From: Burkholderiales bacterium
Lineage (GTDB): Bacteria > Pseudomonadota > Gammaproteobacteria > Burkholderiales > SG8-41
Direction of reading: 5' to 3'
DNA: 64,000 nucleotides
NCBI GenBank assembly: GCA_035525455.1
Contig: DATLEF010000050.1
Coordinates: forward strand, 7,108-71,107
The position numbers and the translations under genes are program-made. The notes under the pieces are model-generated. The model was not told the origin of the DNA, did not search any database, and worked only from the letters and a program-made list of their open reading frames with translations. Below are positions 40,596 through 51,139 of the stretch, piece after piece. Position 1 is the stretch's first letter. Each line of letters begins with the position of its first letter.

Positions 40596-43500
40596 ATGCC
40601 CGAATCCGGCGGCAAGCCCGCTGCTATCGCCGTTCCCGTCACCTCGAACGTGGTGCCGTCTGAGAAGCCTGCCCCGCGCGACACGATCGTCATTCGCGGC
40701 GCGCGCCAGAACAACCTCAAGAACCTCACCCTCGAGCTGCCGGCGAATGAGCTCATCGTAGTCACGGGCGTTTCGGGCAGCGGCAAATCGTCGCTCGTGT
40801 TCGATACGCTCTACGCCGAAGGCCAGCGGCGTTACGTCGAGACATTCTCGCCCTACGCACGGCAGTTCCTCGATCGCATGGACAAGCCGCAGGTCGACGC
40901 GATCGAAGGCATACCCCCGGCCATCGCCATCGATCAGACGAACCCGGTGCGCACGTCGCGCTCGACGGTCGGCACGATGACGGAGCTGAACGACCACCTG
41001 AAGCTCCTCTACGCGCGCGCGGCCGAGCTCTGCTGCCTCGGATGCGGTGCGCCCGTGCGCCGCGACACGCCTGACACGATCGAAGCCGAAGTGAGCGCGC
41101 GCGCAGCCGCAGCGGGCGATCCGCGGCTCGTACTGACTTTTCCAGTGCCGGTGCCCAAGAACTTTTCCGAGACCGAAGTGAAGGCGCTGCTCGAGCAGCA
41201 AGGCTACACGCGGATACACGCCAAGCAGGGGCGCACCATCGAAGTCGTGCAGGACCGGTTCCGCCGCAGCAGCGTCGAGCGCGGGCGCTTCATCGAAGCG
41301 GTCGAAGCGGCGCTCCGCGTCGGTCAGGGGCGCGTGAGTGTGCACGCCGAAGGCGGCTCCGCGTGGAAGTTTTCGTCCGATCTTCACTGCCCCGATTGCG
41401 ACATCCATTACCAGGAGCCGACGCCGAGTCTCTTCTCGTTCAATTCCCCGCTCGGCGCGTGCGAAACATGCCGCGGCTTCGGGCGTGTGATCGGCCTCGA
41501 TTTCGGGCTCGTCGTGCCGGACGAAGCGAAAACCTTGCGCGAAGGCGCAGTGAGGCCGTGGCAGACCGCGTCATACAGGGAATGCCAGGACGACCTCGTT
41601 CAGTACGCAAAAAAACGCCGCATTCCACTCGATACGCCGTGGCGCGAGCTCTCGCCGGAAGTACGCCGCTGGGTGCTCGAAGGCGAGCCTGAATGGAAAA
41701 GCTGGCGCAAATCCTGGCCCGGCACGTGGTACGGCGTCGCGGTTTTTTTCCAGTGGCTGGAGACCAAAGCCTACAAGATGCACGTGCGCGTGCTGCTCTC
41801 GAAATATCGCGCCTATACGCCGTGCACGAGCTGCGGCGGCTCGCGCCTCAAAAGCGAAGCGCAGGCGTGGCGGCTGGGCGCCGCTGATAACGCGAACGCC
41901 GTCCTCGCGCCGCAGCAGCGGGTCATGCCGATGGGGGCGAAGTTCGACGGCGCCGTCCTTGCGCGCTTGCCGGGTCTGACTGTGCACGATCTCATGCTCC
42001 TGCCCATCGCGCGCGTCCGCACGTTCATCGATGCGCTCTCGCTGCCGAAACCGATCGACGACGCAACCGACTTGCTGCTCACCGAGATCCGCGCACGCCT
42101 GGGATACCTGTGCGAAGTCGGACTGGGCTATCTCACGCTCGACCGCCAGTCGCGCACCCTCTCCGGTGGCGAGGTGCAGCGCATCAATCTCACCACCGCG
42201 CTCGGCACCTCGCTCGTCAACACGCTGTTCGTGCTCGACGAGCCTTCCATCGGACTGCATCCCCGCGACATGGGACGCGTGATCGAAGTCATGCACAAGC
42301 TGCGCGATGCCGGCAACTCGCTCGTGGTGGTCGAGCACGATCCGCAGATCATGCTCGCGGCCGACCGCCTACTCGATATGGGACCGGGACCGGGCGAGCG
42401 TGGCGGCGAAATCGTGTACTTCGGAGCCGCCCAGGCAATTCGCAGCGCGCCTCAATCGCTGACCGGAGACTATCTTGCGGGACGCAAGCACGTCGGCGGC
42501 GCTGCACGCGATCCGGTCCTGACACAAACCTCGACCGCCGACAGCATCGAGATCATCGGCGCGGCCGAGCACAACCTGAAGGCCGTCGACGTTCGAATTC
42601 CGTTGCAGCGCCTGGTGTGTGTCACGGGCGTTTCAGGCTCGGGCAAGTCGACCCTGGTTCAGGACGTGCTGTACACCGCGCTGCTGAAGGCTAAAGGCAA
42701 ACCGACCGAAGCGCCGGGCAAACACGAGCGGATCGCGGGCGCGGAGAAAATTTCAGATGTGGTGCTGGTCGACCAATCGCCGATCGGCCGCACGACGCGC
42801 TCGAATCCGGCGAGCTATGTCGGCGCATTCGACTGCATCCGAAAGCTGTTCGTGCAGCAGCCGCTCGCGAAGGAACGTCAGTACACACCGGGCACGTTCA
42901 GCTTCAATTCAGGCAATGGCCGCTGTCCCACGTGCAGCGGCAACGGTTTCGAGCACGTCGAAATGCAGTTTCTGTCGGACGTGTATCTGCGCTGCCCCGA
43001 TTGCAACGGCCGGCGCTACCGCGACGAAATACTCGAAGTGAAGCTCGACGGACGCTCGATCGCCGATGTCCTGGATATGACGGTGTCCGAAGCGCTCGCC
43101 TTTTTCGCATCGAATTCCGACGTGCAGCGCGTACTGCAACCGCTGGCGGACGTCGGTCTCGATTACCTCAAGCTCGGCCAGCCCGTGCCGACGCTCTCCG
43201 GCGGTGAAGCGCAGCGCCTGAAGCTGGCCGGACATTTGGCCGGTGCGGCGGCAACAGCCCGGCCATCGCGGCGAACGCCGGGATCCAGCGAGCTGGGATC
43301 GCTGTTCCTGTTCGACGAGCCCACGACGGGACTTCATTTCGAAGACATCGCGAAGCTGCTCAAAGCACTGCGCAAGCTCCTCGACGCCGGTCACTCGCTC
43401 GTGGTCATCGAGCACAACCTCGACTTGATACGCGCCGCCGATTGGCTGATCGATATGGGACCCGAAGGCGGCGACGCGGGCGGAGAAATCGTTGCCGCAG

Positions 43501-46310
43501 GAACTGCCGCCGAGATCATGGCGAGTCCGACGTCGCATACGGGCAAGGCGCTGCGCGAGTATGAAGCAGCACTGAGCGCTACTCAGACGCCCATCGTCTT
43601 TCGCAATGTTCAGAAGGCCCACGGTGAACGGGCACGGGGCAATGGAAACATCTGCGTGCATAACGCACGCGAGCACAATCTCAAGTCGCTACACGTCGAG
43701 ATCCCGCGCGGCAAGTTCACTGTCATCACCGGCGTCTCGGGTTCCGGTAAGTCGACTCTCGCCTTCGACATCCTCTTTGCCGAAGGGCAGCGTCGCTACC
43801 TCGAATCGCTGAACGCGTACGCGCGGCAGTTCGTGCAGACTGCATCGCGCCCTGACGTCGATGCGATTTTCGGAATACCGCCGACCGTTGCGATCGAACA
43901 GCGCACGAGCCGCGGCGGCCGCAAGAGCACCGTCGCGACGCTCACCGAGATCTATCACTTCCTGCGCCTGCTGTACGTGAAGCTCGGCACGCAGTATTGC
44001 CCCGAGTGCGACGTCGCAATCGAGCCGCAGACGATCGACAGCATCGTCGCCAACATCATGCGCGACTATCGCGGCGAGCGCGTCGGTTTGCTTGCACCGC
44101 TCGTCGTGAACCGTAAAGGCATCTACACCGATCTGGCGAAATGGGCGCGCGGTAAAGGCTATACGCACTTGCGCGTCGACGGCGCGTTCGTCCCGGTGCA
44201 GCCGTTCCCGCGCCTCGCGCGTTTCATCGAGCACAGTATCGAGCTGCCCGTCGCCGAACTGCGCGTCACACCCGAAAACGAGGCGCAGTTGCGCGAAGAC
44301 CTCCGTGCGGCGCTGGAGCTCGGCAAAGGCGTCGTGCACATCATCGATGGGCTCGATACGCTGGAGCGCGCAGTCGAAGCCCAGGACGCAGCGCTCGCGC
44401 AGATGAGCGAATCGGTGTACTCGGTCAATCGCGCATGCCCATCGTGCTCGCGCAGCTTTCCCGAGCTCGATCCGCGGCTCTTTTCCTTCAACTCGAAACA
44501 CGGCTGGTGCGCGGCGTGTTACGGAACGGGGCTGCAGATCGACGAAGTCGGCTGGGACGAAGAACGCCAGAAGACGGGCGCCGAGGATCATGTGCTCGAT
44601 TCCTGGCTCGAATGGCTCGAGATCGATGAGAAGTGTCCGCAGTGCGAAGGCAGGCGACTCAATCGCGAAGCGCTCGCCGTGCGCTACCGCGGAAAATCGA
44701 TAGCCGAATTGACGGCTCTCCCCGTCGCTTCGCTCTCACAATTTTTCAACGACGTCTCAATGGCCGGGCGTGAGGCGGAAATCGCGCGCGACATCGTGCC
44801 CGAGCTCTGCAGCCGCCTGAGCTTCCTCGATCATGTGGGACTGGACTACCTCGCGCTCGACCGCGCCGCGCCGACGTTGTCGGGCGGCGAAGCGCAGCGC
44901 ATACGCCTCGCGGCCCAGCTCGGCTCGAACCTGCGCGGCGTGTGCTACATACTCGACGAGCCGACGATCGGGCTGCACCCGCGCGACAATCGCGTGCTGC
45001 TCGACACGCTTGCTGCGCTCGAAGCGAAAGGCAACACGTTGATCGTCGTCGAGCACGACGAGGAAACGATACGCCGCGCCGCGCACGTGATCGATCTGGG
45101 GCCCGGCGCGGGCAAGCGCGGCGGCGAGCTGACGGCGGAAGGCAGCGCCGACGATCTCATGCGCAACCCCGCGTCGGTCACGGGCCGCTTTCTCGCTCAT
45201 CCTTTGCTCCATCCGCTGCACCCGCCGCGAACGGTCGGCACAGCGACACCCGCGCTTGAAATCAGCGCCGCCGCTTTGCACAACCTGAAGAAGCTCGACG
45301 TGCGCGTGCCGCTCGGGCGTCTGGTCGTCATCACAGGCGTTTCGGGCTCGGGAAAATCCACGCTCGCCCGCGACGTGCTGCACGACAACCTTGTGCAGCT
45401 CGTCGGCGAAGAGCGTAGCAGGAAAAAACCCCGGCTCACCGGCTGCCGTGCGATCTCGGGCTGGCAAACTGTCGGCCGCGTGCTCGAAGTCGATCAGACG
45501 CCGATCGGCAAGACTCCGCGTTCGTGTCCCGCGACCTACGTCGGATTCTGGGACGGGGTGCGGCGCCTCTTTGCGGAAACGACCGAAGCGCGCATGCGCG
45601 GCTATACCGCCAGCCGCTTTTCGTTCAATACCAGCGGCGGACGCTGCGACGCGTGCGAAGGCCAGGGTGTGAAGCGCATCGAAATGAGCTTCCTGCCCGA
45701 CGTGCGAGTGCCGTGCGAAGTATGCACGAGCGCGCGCTTCAACGCCGAGACGCTCGCCGTGCGCTTCAAGGGGCGCTCGATCGGCGACGTGCTCGCGATG
45801 AGCGTGGACGAAGCGGTCGAATTCTTCTCGGCGCATCGCGCTATCCATCATTGCCTGCGGCTGTTGCAGGACGTCGGTCTCGGGTATCTCACGCTGGGCC
45901 AGCAAAGCCCGACGCTCTCGGGCGGAGAAGCGCAGCGCATCAAACTGGTCACGGAGCTCGCGAAAGTACGCACTGATGCGGGTGACAGGCCCGGACGCGC
46001 GGGCGTGAACAAGCACACGCTGTACGTGCTCGACGAGCCCACCGTGGGCTTGCACATGGCAGACGTCGAAAAGCTGATTCACGTCCTGCACCGGCTGGTC
46101 GATGCCGGCAACAGCGTCATCGTGATCGAGCACAATCTCGACGTGATCGCAGAGGCCGACTGGATACTCGATCTGGGGCCCGAAGGCGGCGACGGCGGCG
46201 GACGCATCGTCGCGCAGGGCTCGCCGCAGGACATCGCGAAGTCATCCGGCGCCTCACACACAGCGCGCATCGTGAGCGAGTTTCTCGCGCAGCGCTCACG
46301 CTCTACATAA
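40596..46310 (+). CDS. uvrA: Tandem-duplicated UvrA-like excinuclease ATPase (UvrA-UvrA fusion, four nucleotide-binding domains)
   Basis: Single 1904-aa ORF. It has four GVSGSGKS Walker A loops (nt 40767, 42627, 43731, 45336), four LSGGE(A/V)QR signatures, and two complete sets of UvrA CxxC zinc modules. Each half is co-linear with canonical UvrA. Confidence 0.9.
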   Translation: MPESGGKPAAIAVPVTSNVVPSEKPAPRDTIVIRGARQNNLKNLTLELPANELIVVTGVSGSGKSSLVFDTLYAEGQRRYVETFSPYARQFLDRMDKPQVDAIEGIPPAIAIDQTNPVRTSRSTVGTMTELNDHLKLLYARAAELCCLGCGAPVRRDTPDTIEAEVSARAAAAGDPRLVLTFPVPVPKNFSETEVKALLEQQGYTRIHAKQGRTIEVVQDRFRRSSVERGRFIEAVEAALRVGQGRVSVHAEGGSAWKFSSDLHCPDCDIHYQEPTPSLFSFNSPLGACETCRGFGRVIGLDFGLVVPDEAKTLREGAVRPWQTASYRECQDDLVQYAKKRRIPLDTPWRELSPEVRRWVLEGEPEWKSWRKSWPGTWYGVAVFFQWLETKAYKMHVRVLLSKYRAYTPCTSCGGSRLKSEAQAWRLGAADNANAVLAPQQRVMPMGAKFDGAVLARLPGLTVHDLMLLPIARVRTFIDALSLPKPIDDATDLLLTEIRARLGYLCEVGLGYLTLDRQSRTLSGGEVQRINLTTALGTSLVNTLFVLDEPSIGLHPRDMGRVIEVMHKLRDAGNSLVVVEHDPQIMLAADRLLDMGPGPGERGGEIVYFGAAQAIRSAPQSLTGDYLAGRKHVGGAARDPVLTQTSTADSIEIIGAAEHNLKAVDVRIPLQRLVCVTGVSGSGKSTLVQDVLYTALLKAKGKPTEAPGKHERIAGAEKISDVVLVDQSPIGRTTRSNPASYVGAFDCIRKLFVQQPLAKERQYTPGTFSFNSGNGRCPTCSGNGFEHVEMQFLSDVYLRCPDCNGRRYRDEILEVKLDGRSIADVLDMTVSEALAFFASNSDVQRVLQPLADVGLDYLKLGQPVPTLSGGEAQRLKLAGHLAGAAATARPSRRTPGSSELGSLFLFDEPTTGLHFEDIAKLLKALRKLLDAGHSLVVIEHNLDLIRAADWLIDMGPEGGDAGGEIVAAGTAAEIMASPTSHTGKALREYEAALSATQTPIVFRNVQKAHGERARGNGNICVHNAREHNLKSLHVEIPRGKFTVITGVSGSGKSTLAFDILFAEGQRRYLESLNAYARQFVQTASRPDVDAIFGIPPTVAIEQRTSRGGRKSTVATLTEIYHFLRLLYVKLGTQYCPECDVAIEPQTIDSIVANIMRDYRGERVGLLAPLVVNRKGIYTDLAKWARGKGYTHLRVDGAFVPVQPFPRLARFIEHSIELPVAELRVTPENEAQLREDLRAALELGKGVVHIIDGLDTLERAVEAQDAALAQMSESVYSVNRACPSCSRSFPELDPRLFSFNSKHGWCAACYGTGLQIDEVGWDEERQKTGAEDHVLDSWLEWLEIDEKCPQCEGRRLNREALAVRYRGKSIAELTALPVASLSQFFNDVSMAGREAEIARDIVPELCSRLSFLDHVGLDYLALDRAAPTLSGGEAQRIRLAAQLGSNLRGVCYILDEPTIGLHPRDNRVLLDTLAALEAKGNTLIVVEHDEETIRRAAHVIDLGPGAGKRGGELTAEGSADDLMRNPASVTGRFLAHPLLHPLHPPRTVGTATPALEISAAALHNLKKLDVRVPLGRLVVITGVSGSGKSTLARDVLHDNLVQLVGEERSRKKPRLTGCRAISGWQTVGRVLEVDQTPIGKTPRSCPATYVGFWDGVRRLFAETTEARMRGYTASRFSFNTSGGRCDACEGQGVKRIEMSFLPDVRVPCEVCTSARFNAETLAVRFKGRSIGDVLAMSVDEAVEFFSAHRAIHHCLRLLQDVGLGYLTLGQQSPTLSGGEAQRIKLVTELAKVRTDAGDRPGRAGVNKHTLYVLDEPTVGLHMADVEKLIHVLHRLVDAGNSVIVIEHNLDVIAEADWILDLGPEGGDGGGRIVAQGSPQDIAKSSGASHTARIVSEFLAQRSRST

Positions 46311-46323
46311 TCAGGGGTCCTGT

Positions 46324-47199
46324 ATGTCTGCGATCGCATTGCTCGAGCCGCACACGAAGAATCTTGGAGGGTTCGAAGTAAGACGCCTTCTGCCGGGTCA
46401 TCCTCACAAAATGGTCGGGCCTTTCATTTTTTTCGATCACATGGGTCCGACGCGGCTGCCGCCGGGTAGCGGTGTGGACGTGCGACCGCATCCGCACATC
46501 GGGCTCGCAACCGTGACCTATCTCTTCGAAGGTTGTCTCATGCACCGCGACAGCCTCGGCACCGTGGCGCGCATCGAGGCCGGCGCCGTCAACTGGATGA
46601 CTGCCGGAGGCGGCATTGCGCACTCCGAGCGCAGTCCGGATGAGGAGCGCCCCGCAGGGCCGCGGCTGCATGGTATTCAGAGCTGGGTGGCGTTGCCGCA
46701 AGCGCACGAGCGCGACGATCCCGACTTCAGCCATCATCCGAAGGAATCGATCCCGCTGATCACGCTTCCCGGCGTGTATATGCACCTCATCGCCGGCACC
46801 GCTTTCGGACGCACCGCACCCACGCCTACATTTTCGCCGATGTTTTATCTCGCAGTCGAAATGGAGCCGGGCTCACGCCTGGAGTTGCCGTTCGAGCACG
46901 AAGAGCGTGGCGTCTACGCCGTCGCAGGGGAAATCGACGTCGAAGGTTTTCCCTTGCACGCGCACCACCTCGCCGTCGTGCCGCCTGAGGGTTCGGTGCA
47001 CATTACGGCCCACACCGCGGCGCGTGTGATGCTGCTCGGCGGCACCCCTCTCGACGGCGATCGCCATATCTGGTGGAACTTCGTCGCGAGCTCGCGCGAA
47101 TTAATAGACGAGGCCGCAGCGCGCTGGGAAAGCGGCGGCTTCGCGCAGGTTCCCGGTGAAACGGAATGGATACCGCTGCCGCGCGATCGCGGCGCTTGA
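46324..47199 (+). CDS. Pirin family protein
   Basis: 291-aa ORF with the cupin metal site HPHIGLATVTYLFEG preceded by GPFIFFDHMGP, and a bicupin length typical of pirins. Confidence 0.9.
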   Translation: MSAIALLEPHTKNLGGFEVRRLLPGHPHKMVGPFIFFDHMGPTRLPPGSGVDVRPHPHIGLATVTYLFEGCLMHRDSLGTVARIEAGAVNWMTAGGGIAHSERSPDEERPAGPRLHGIQSWVALPQAHERDDPDFSHHPKESIPLITLPGVYMHLIAGTAFGRTAPTPTFSPMFYLAVEMEPGSRLELPFEHEERGVYAVAGEIDVEGFPLHAHHLAVVPPEGSVHITAHTAARVMLLGGTPLDGDRHIWWNFVASSRELIDEAAARWESGGFAQVPGETEWIPLPRDRGA

Positions 47200-47281
47200 G
47201 GCAACTTTCATTTCCTGACGCGCTGCATCGGGTGCCGCGCGTGCATGACGTTAGAATAGCTGTCGCCTGCCTGCACACGAC

Positions 47282-47917
47282 ATGGACATCGCTCTCATAC
47301 GCCAGGAATACATGCGCGAGCGCCTCGACGAGGGCGACGTTGCGCGCGACCCGATCGCGCAGTTTCGCCGCTGGTTCGACGAGGCTGTACAGGGTTCGCT
47401 GCCGATGGTGAACGCGATGACGCTCGCAACCGTCAACGCGAACGGGCAGCCTTCGGCGCGTATCGTGCTCCTCAAAGGAATCGACGAGCGCGGTCTCGTC
47501 TTCTACACCGATTACGAAAGTCGCAAAGGGCGCGAGCTCAGCGCGAATTCACGCGCGTCGCTGCTCTTCTACTGGATCGAGCTCGAGCGCGAAGTACGCG
47601 TCGAAGGCGCCGTGGAGAAGACGTCCGCAGCCGAATCGGACGAATATTTCGCGAGCCGTCCAGTCGGAAGCCGGCTTGCGGCAAACGCGTCTTCCCCTCA
47701 AAGCGCGATTCTGGCCGGTCGCGAAGCGCTCGAGCAACGCTATCGGGAAGTGCAGCAGCGCTACGGCGAGGCGCCACCGCGACCGTCGGGCTGGGGCGGA
47801 TACCGCGTGGTGCCGCAGGCCATGGAATTCTGGCAAGGCCGGCCCAACCGGCTGCACGACCGCCTGCTCTATACGAAAGCGGCTGGAGGCTGGAACATCG
47901 TGCGTCTGGCGCCCTGA
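47282..47917 (+). CDS. pdxH: Pyridoxamine 5'-phosphate oxidase
   Basis: 211-aa ORF with [23 protein letters not shown], the [14 protein letters not shown] blocks and the C-terminal RLHDRLLY motif of PdxH. Confidence 0.94.
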   Translation: MDIALIRQEYMRERLDEGDVARDPIAQFRRWFDEAVQGSLPMVNAMTLATVNANGQPSARIVLLKGIDERGLVFYTDYESRKGRELSANSRASLLFYWIELEREVRVEGAVEKTSAAESDEYFASRPVGSRLAANASSPQSAILAGREALEQRYREVQQRYGEAPPRPSGWGGYRVVPQAMEFWQGRPNRLHDRLLYTKAAGGWNIVRLAP

Positions 47918-47960
47918 TCCGCCGCCGTTCGAGCGCGACCTCGAGTCTCACGCGGGCGCC

Positions 47961-48953
47961 TTAAAGTATCAGCGTCCCTATCCACCACGCGATTGCAGCA
48001 ACGGCGGCTGACCCGGGAATCGTAAGTATCCACGCCCAGACGATACCGCCTGCGACACCCCAGCGCACCGCGGAGACGTTGCGCACTGCACCCACACCGA
48101 TGATCGCACCGGTGATCGTATGCGTGGTGGATACGGGAATCCCGAATGCAGTGGCGAGAAAAAGCGTGATCGCACCGCCGGTTTCAGCGCAGAAGCCGCC
48201 CACCGGTTTGAGCTTGGTGATGCGCTGCCCCATCGTCCTGACGATACGCCAGCCGCCGAAGAGCGTCCCGAAAGCTATGGTGATATAGCACGCGATGATC
48301 ACCCAGCCCGGGACTGCGCTCTTGGTGGTCGAATAACCAGCCGTAATCAGCAGCAACCAGATGATGCCAGCGGTCTTTTGCGCATCGTTGCCGCCATGAC
48401 CCAGGCTGTACAGCGAAGCCGACAGCAGCTGAAGGCGTCTGAACCACGCGTCGATCCGCCGCGGCGTCGACCGCACGAAAACCCACGACACGCCGATCAT
48501 CAGAAGTGCCGCGAGCGTCATGCCCAGGAGCGGCGCGACGAAAATGAAAACGATGATCTTGAAGAGCCCGCTCGTGATGAGCGAGCTCACGCCGACCTTT
48601 GCCACAGCCGCGCCCACGAGCCCGCCGATCAACGCGTGCGAGGAGCTCGAAGGGATGCCGTAGAGCCAAGTGATCACATTCCACGCGATCGCACCGATCA
48701 GCGCTCCGAAAATGACGTAATGATCGACTATGGACGGATCGACGATGCCTTTACCGATCGTGGAAGCGACTTTGGTCTGGAACAAGAAGTAGGCGATGAA
48801 GTTGAATGCCGCGGCCCACGCGACTGCCCACACCGGCCTCAGCACGCCGGTCGAGACGATGGTTGCGATCGAGTTTGCCGCGTCGTGAAATCCATTCATG
48901 AAGTCGAACGCAAGCGCGACGACGATCAGGAATATGAGTACTTCGAAGGACAT
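47961..48953 (-). CDS. Inorganic phosphate transporter, PiT family
   Basis: 330-aa polytopic ORF with the PiT signature GFHDAANSIAT near the N-terminus and a second copy, GGNDAQKT. Confidence 0.92.
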   Translation of the reverse strand: MSFEVLIFLIVVALAFDFMNGFHDAANSIATIVSTGVLRPVWAVAWAAAFNFIAYFLFQTKVASTIGKGIVDPSIVDHYVIFGALIGAIAWNVITWLYGIPSSSSHALIGGLVGAAVAKVGVSSLITSGLFKIIVFIFVAPLLGMTLAALLMIGVSWVFVRSTPRRIDAWFRRLQLLSASLYSLGHGGNDAQKTAGIIWLLLITAGYSTTKSAVPGWVIIACYITIAFGTLFGGWRIVRTMGQRITKLKPVGGFCAETGGAITLFLATAFGIPVSTTHTITGAIIGVGAVRNVSAVRWGVAGGIVWAWILTIPGSAAVAAIAWWIGTLIL

Positions 48954-48986
48954 GCTCGCTCGTTTAGTGGCAGCTGAGATTGACGC

Positions 48987-49613
48987 TCAGGAGTTTTCGA
49001 GGACGATGCCCTGCAGAACGTTGGCAACGTCTTCGCAGCGGTCGGTGACCGTCTCGAGCATCTCGTATACCGACCGCATTTTCATGACCTGCTTCACGTC
49101 GGGCTCGTCGCGAAAGAGCTTGGCCATCGCCGAGCGCATGACGTGATCGGCCTCGGATTCGAAGCGGTCGATGTCCTGACACACGATCATGATCGCCTTG
49201 GCATTGTCCATGTTCGAGAGCATGCCGACGGCGACTTTCACCTTTTCCACGCAGGCAACGCAGAGCTCCGCGAGCCGCCTCGCTTCGGGCGTGATCGAAC
49301 GCACGTCGTAGGCATAGATCGATTGTGAGGTGTCTTCGATCACATCGAGGATGTCGTCCATCTTGCTCACCAGCTGATGGATGTCGTCGCGGTCGATCGG
49401 CGTGATGAACGTGCGGTGCAAGAGCTCGATTGCGGCGAGCGCGATCTTGTCGCCGCGCTTCTCGATCGATTCGATGTTGTAGGCGCGGCGCTCGATGTCA
49501 TCGCCGCTAGAGATCAGTTGCGAGAGCTCGCGCGCGCCCTGCACGAGCTGGTCGGCGAGATCGTTGAACAGCTCGAAGAAGCGGCCTTCGCGCGGCATGA
49601 GTCGGCCGAACAT
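48987..49613 (-). CDS. DUF47 / PhoU-like phosphate transport accessory protein
   Basis: 208-aa helical ORF starting MFGRLMPREGRFFELF, a typical DUF47 (YkaA-like) N-terminus. It lies immediately upstream of the PiT gene, which is a conserved pairing. Confidence 0.88.
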   Translation of the reverse strand: MFGRLMPREGRFFELFNDLADQLVQGARELSQLISSGDDIERRAYNIESIEKRGDKIALAAIELLHRTFITPIDRDDIHQLVSKMDDILDVIEDTSQSIYAYDVRSITPEARRLAELCVACVEKVKVAVGMLSNMDNAKAIMIVCQDIDRFESEADHVMRSAMAKLFRDEPDVKQVMKMRSVYEMLETVTDRCEDVANVLQGIVLENS

Positions 49614-49857
49614 GAATGGTCTCCCGGATTGTGCGCGGCACGCGCCGCCGAAGATAAGGCGGAAGGCATTCTAGCGGTTTCCGCCGGAGCGTACGTGCCA
49701 GTCTCATCTATCTCACTCCGCTCTTCGCTGTCGTGCTCGAGCTCGCATTGTTGCCGTCGTCCGTTCGAAGCTGAGCTTGTTCGGCATGGTTATCACGGCG
49801 CTCGGTGTGGCTCGTCGCAGGGCGTGGAAACCACTTGCTGACATCATTTCAGGCACG

Positions 49858-49903
49858 CAAATAACAAACGGCCGGCTGCCGCATGTCGAGCGGCGCCGGC
49901 CGT
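49858..49903 (-). terminator. Rho-independent terminator after the SWIB-domain gene
   Basis: The minus strand reads ACGGCCGGCGCCGC-tcgacat-GCGGCaGCCGGCCGT followed by TTGTTATTTG. This is a GC stem of about 14 bp with one bulge, followed by a T-rich tract, 18 nt after the stop codon. Confidence 0.75.
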
Positions 49904-49920
49904 CCAGGAAATCGGGTCGA

Positions 49921-50232
49921 TTACTTGAGGTGTTTGTTGACGTGCTTCGTCATTTCAAACATCGAGACTTGTTTCTTGCCCCCGAAAACGTCGCGCAGTT
50001 TTTCGTCCGCGTTGATCATGCGTCTGTTCTTGCTGTCCTGCAGGTTGTTTTTCTTGATGTAGTTCCAGATCTTCTTGGTAACTTCGGTACGCGGCTGCGG
50101 GCTGCTGCCGATTACCGCAGAAAGTGATGCGTCAGGTTGCATCGCCTTCATGAATGCCGCGTTGGGTTTACGCTTAGTCGCGGTTTTTTTCTTTGCCGGA
50201 GCTTTCTTGCTAGCCTTTTTCTTTGCAGCCAT
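49921..50232 (-). CDS. SWIB/MDM2-domain protein with lysine-rich N-terminal tail
   Basis: 103 aa from MAAKKKASKKAPAKKKTATKRK (ATG 50232) inside the listed 138-aa ORF. The C-terminal block LSAVIGSSPQPRTEVTKKIWNYIKKNNLQD...RMINADEKLRDVFG is the SWIB fold signature. Confidence 0.88.
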   Translation of the reverse strand: MAAKKKASKKAPAKKKTATKRKPNAAFMKAMQPDASLSAVIGSSPQPRTEVTKKIWNYIKKNNLQDSKNRRMINADEKLRDVFGGKKQVSMFEMTKHVNKHLK

Positions 50233-50500
50233 TCGGTGTCTCCCGTTTGTCGTAATGCTCGGTTGGATGTCGTGGCCCTTGCCGCGAGTAGCGCAGCACG
50301 GTGACGAGAGAATGCCGAGGGAAAACGCTGTTGTCAATCATTCCCGCAGGAGGGAGAACGCCTCTCGTTCGCGGTGGCGCGCTCGAACGAAACACCGACC
50401 TTTCAACGCGTCGTAAAACCCGTCGGCAACGGACGACATTGGCGCAAGAATTGCGGTGCTTCGAACTGGCGGTGAATGCGCCCGCGACGACGTGAGTGCG

Positions 50501-51073
50501 CTAGCCTTTTGTCTGCCCGCCTCGTTTGAGCTTGTCGACGAAATGCTTCCGAAACTTGGCCACCTTCGGAGCGACGACGACCTGGCAATACGGCTGAGAA
50601 GGATTACGGGCGTAGTACTCCTGGTGATAGCCTTCGGCGACATGGAACGCTGATGCGGGCTGGATCTCGGTCACGATCGGGTCGCGGTACAGCTTCGCGC
50701 GCGAGATGTTAGTGAGGACCTCTTCGGCAACGGCCTTCTGTTCCGGCGTATGGTAGAAAATCGCCGAGCGGTACTGCGTGCCGGCGTCGTTCCCCTGCCG
50801 ATTGAGCGTGGTGGGATCATGAATCACGAAGAAGACCTGCAGAATGTCCTGGAACGACACCACTTCAGGGTCGAAGGTGATCTGCACGACTTCCGCGTGA
50901 CCGGTGTCGCCGCCGCAGGCCGCCTCGTACGATGGATGCGCGGTGTGGCCGCCCATGTAACCCGACTCCACCGAGATGACACCCGTCAAATCGTCGTACA
51001 CCGCCTCGAGACACCAGAAACAACCACCCGCAAGCGTGGCCATCTCTTGATTTCGTGCGTTGCCGGTCTGCAT
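50501..51073 (-). CDS. msrA: Peptide-methionine (S)-S-oxide reductase MsrA (cytoplasmic)
   Basis: It has the catalytic GGCFWC motif and GHAEVVQITFDP. I chose ATG 51073 because GGAG lies 5 nt upstream. The listed ORF begins at GTG 51079. Confidence 0.94.
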   Translation of the reverse strand: MQTGNARNQEMATLAGGCFWCLEAVYDDLTGVISVESGYMGGHTAHPSYEAACGGDTGHAEVVQITFDPEVVSFQDILQVFFVIHDPTTLNRQGNDAGTQYRSAIFYHTPEQKAVAEEVLTNISRAKLYRDPIVTEIQPASAFHVAEGYHQEYYARNPSQPYCQVVVAPKVAKFRKHFVDKLKRGGQTKG

Positions 51074-51139
51074 GTGCACTCCTTTTCGATCATCGATTCA
51101 GCGCGTTAGTCTGCGTCGCTGCAAGTTCCTGACGCTCGC

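Noticed and set aside
44757-46133. A 458-aa minus-strand ORF inside uvrA. Other long antisense ORFs are 42909..43676, 43689..44591, 40572..41408 and 41571..42338.
   Set aside because: They are antisense to a strongly supported ABC ATPase coding frame, with Arg/Ala/His-rich composition and no motifs. They are shadow ORFs.
49683-49700. A TGGCAC motif (minus strand) upstream of the DUF47-pit operon, considered as a sigma54 -24 element
   Set aside because: The -12 element is absent: the sequence is TGGCAC-gtacg-CTCCG instead of TGGCAC-N5-TTGC. A TAGAAT -10-like hexamer nearby is a simpler explanation, but it lacks a good -35.
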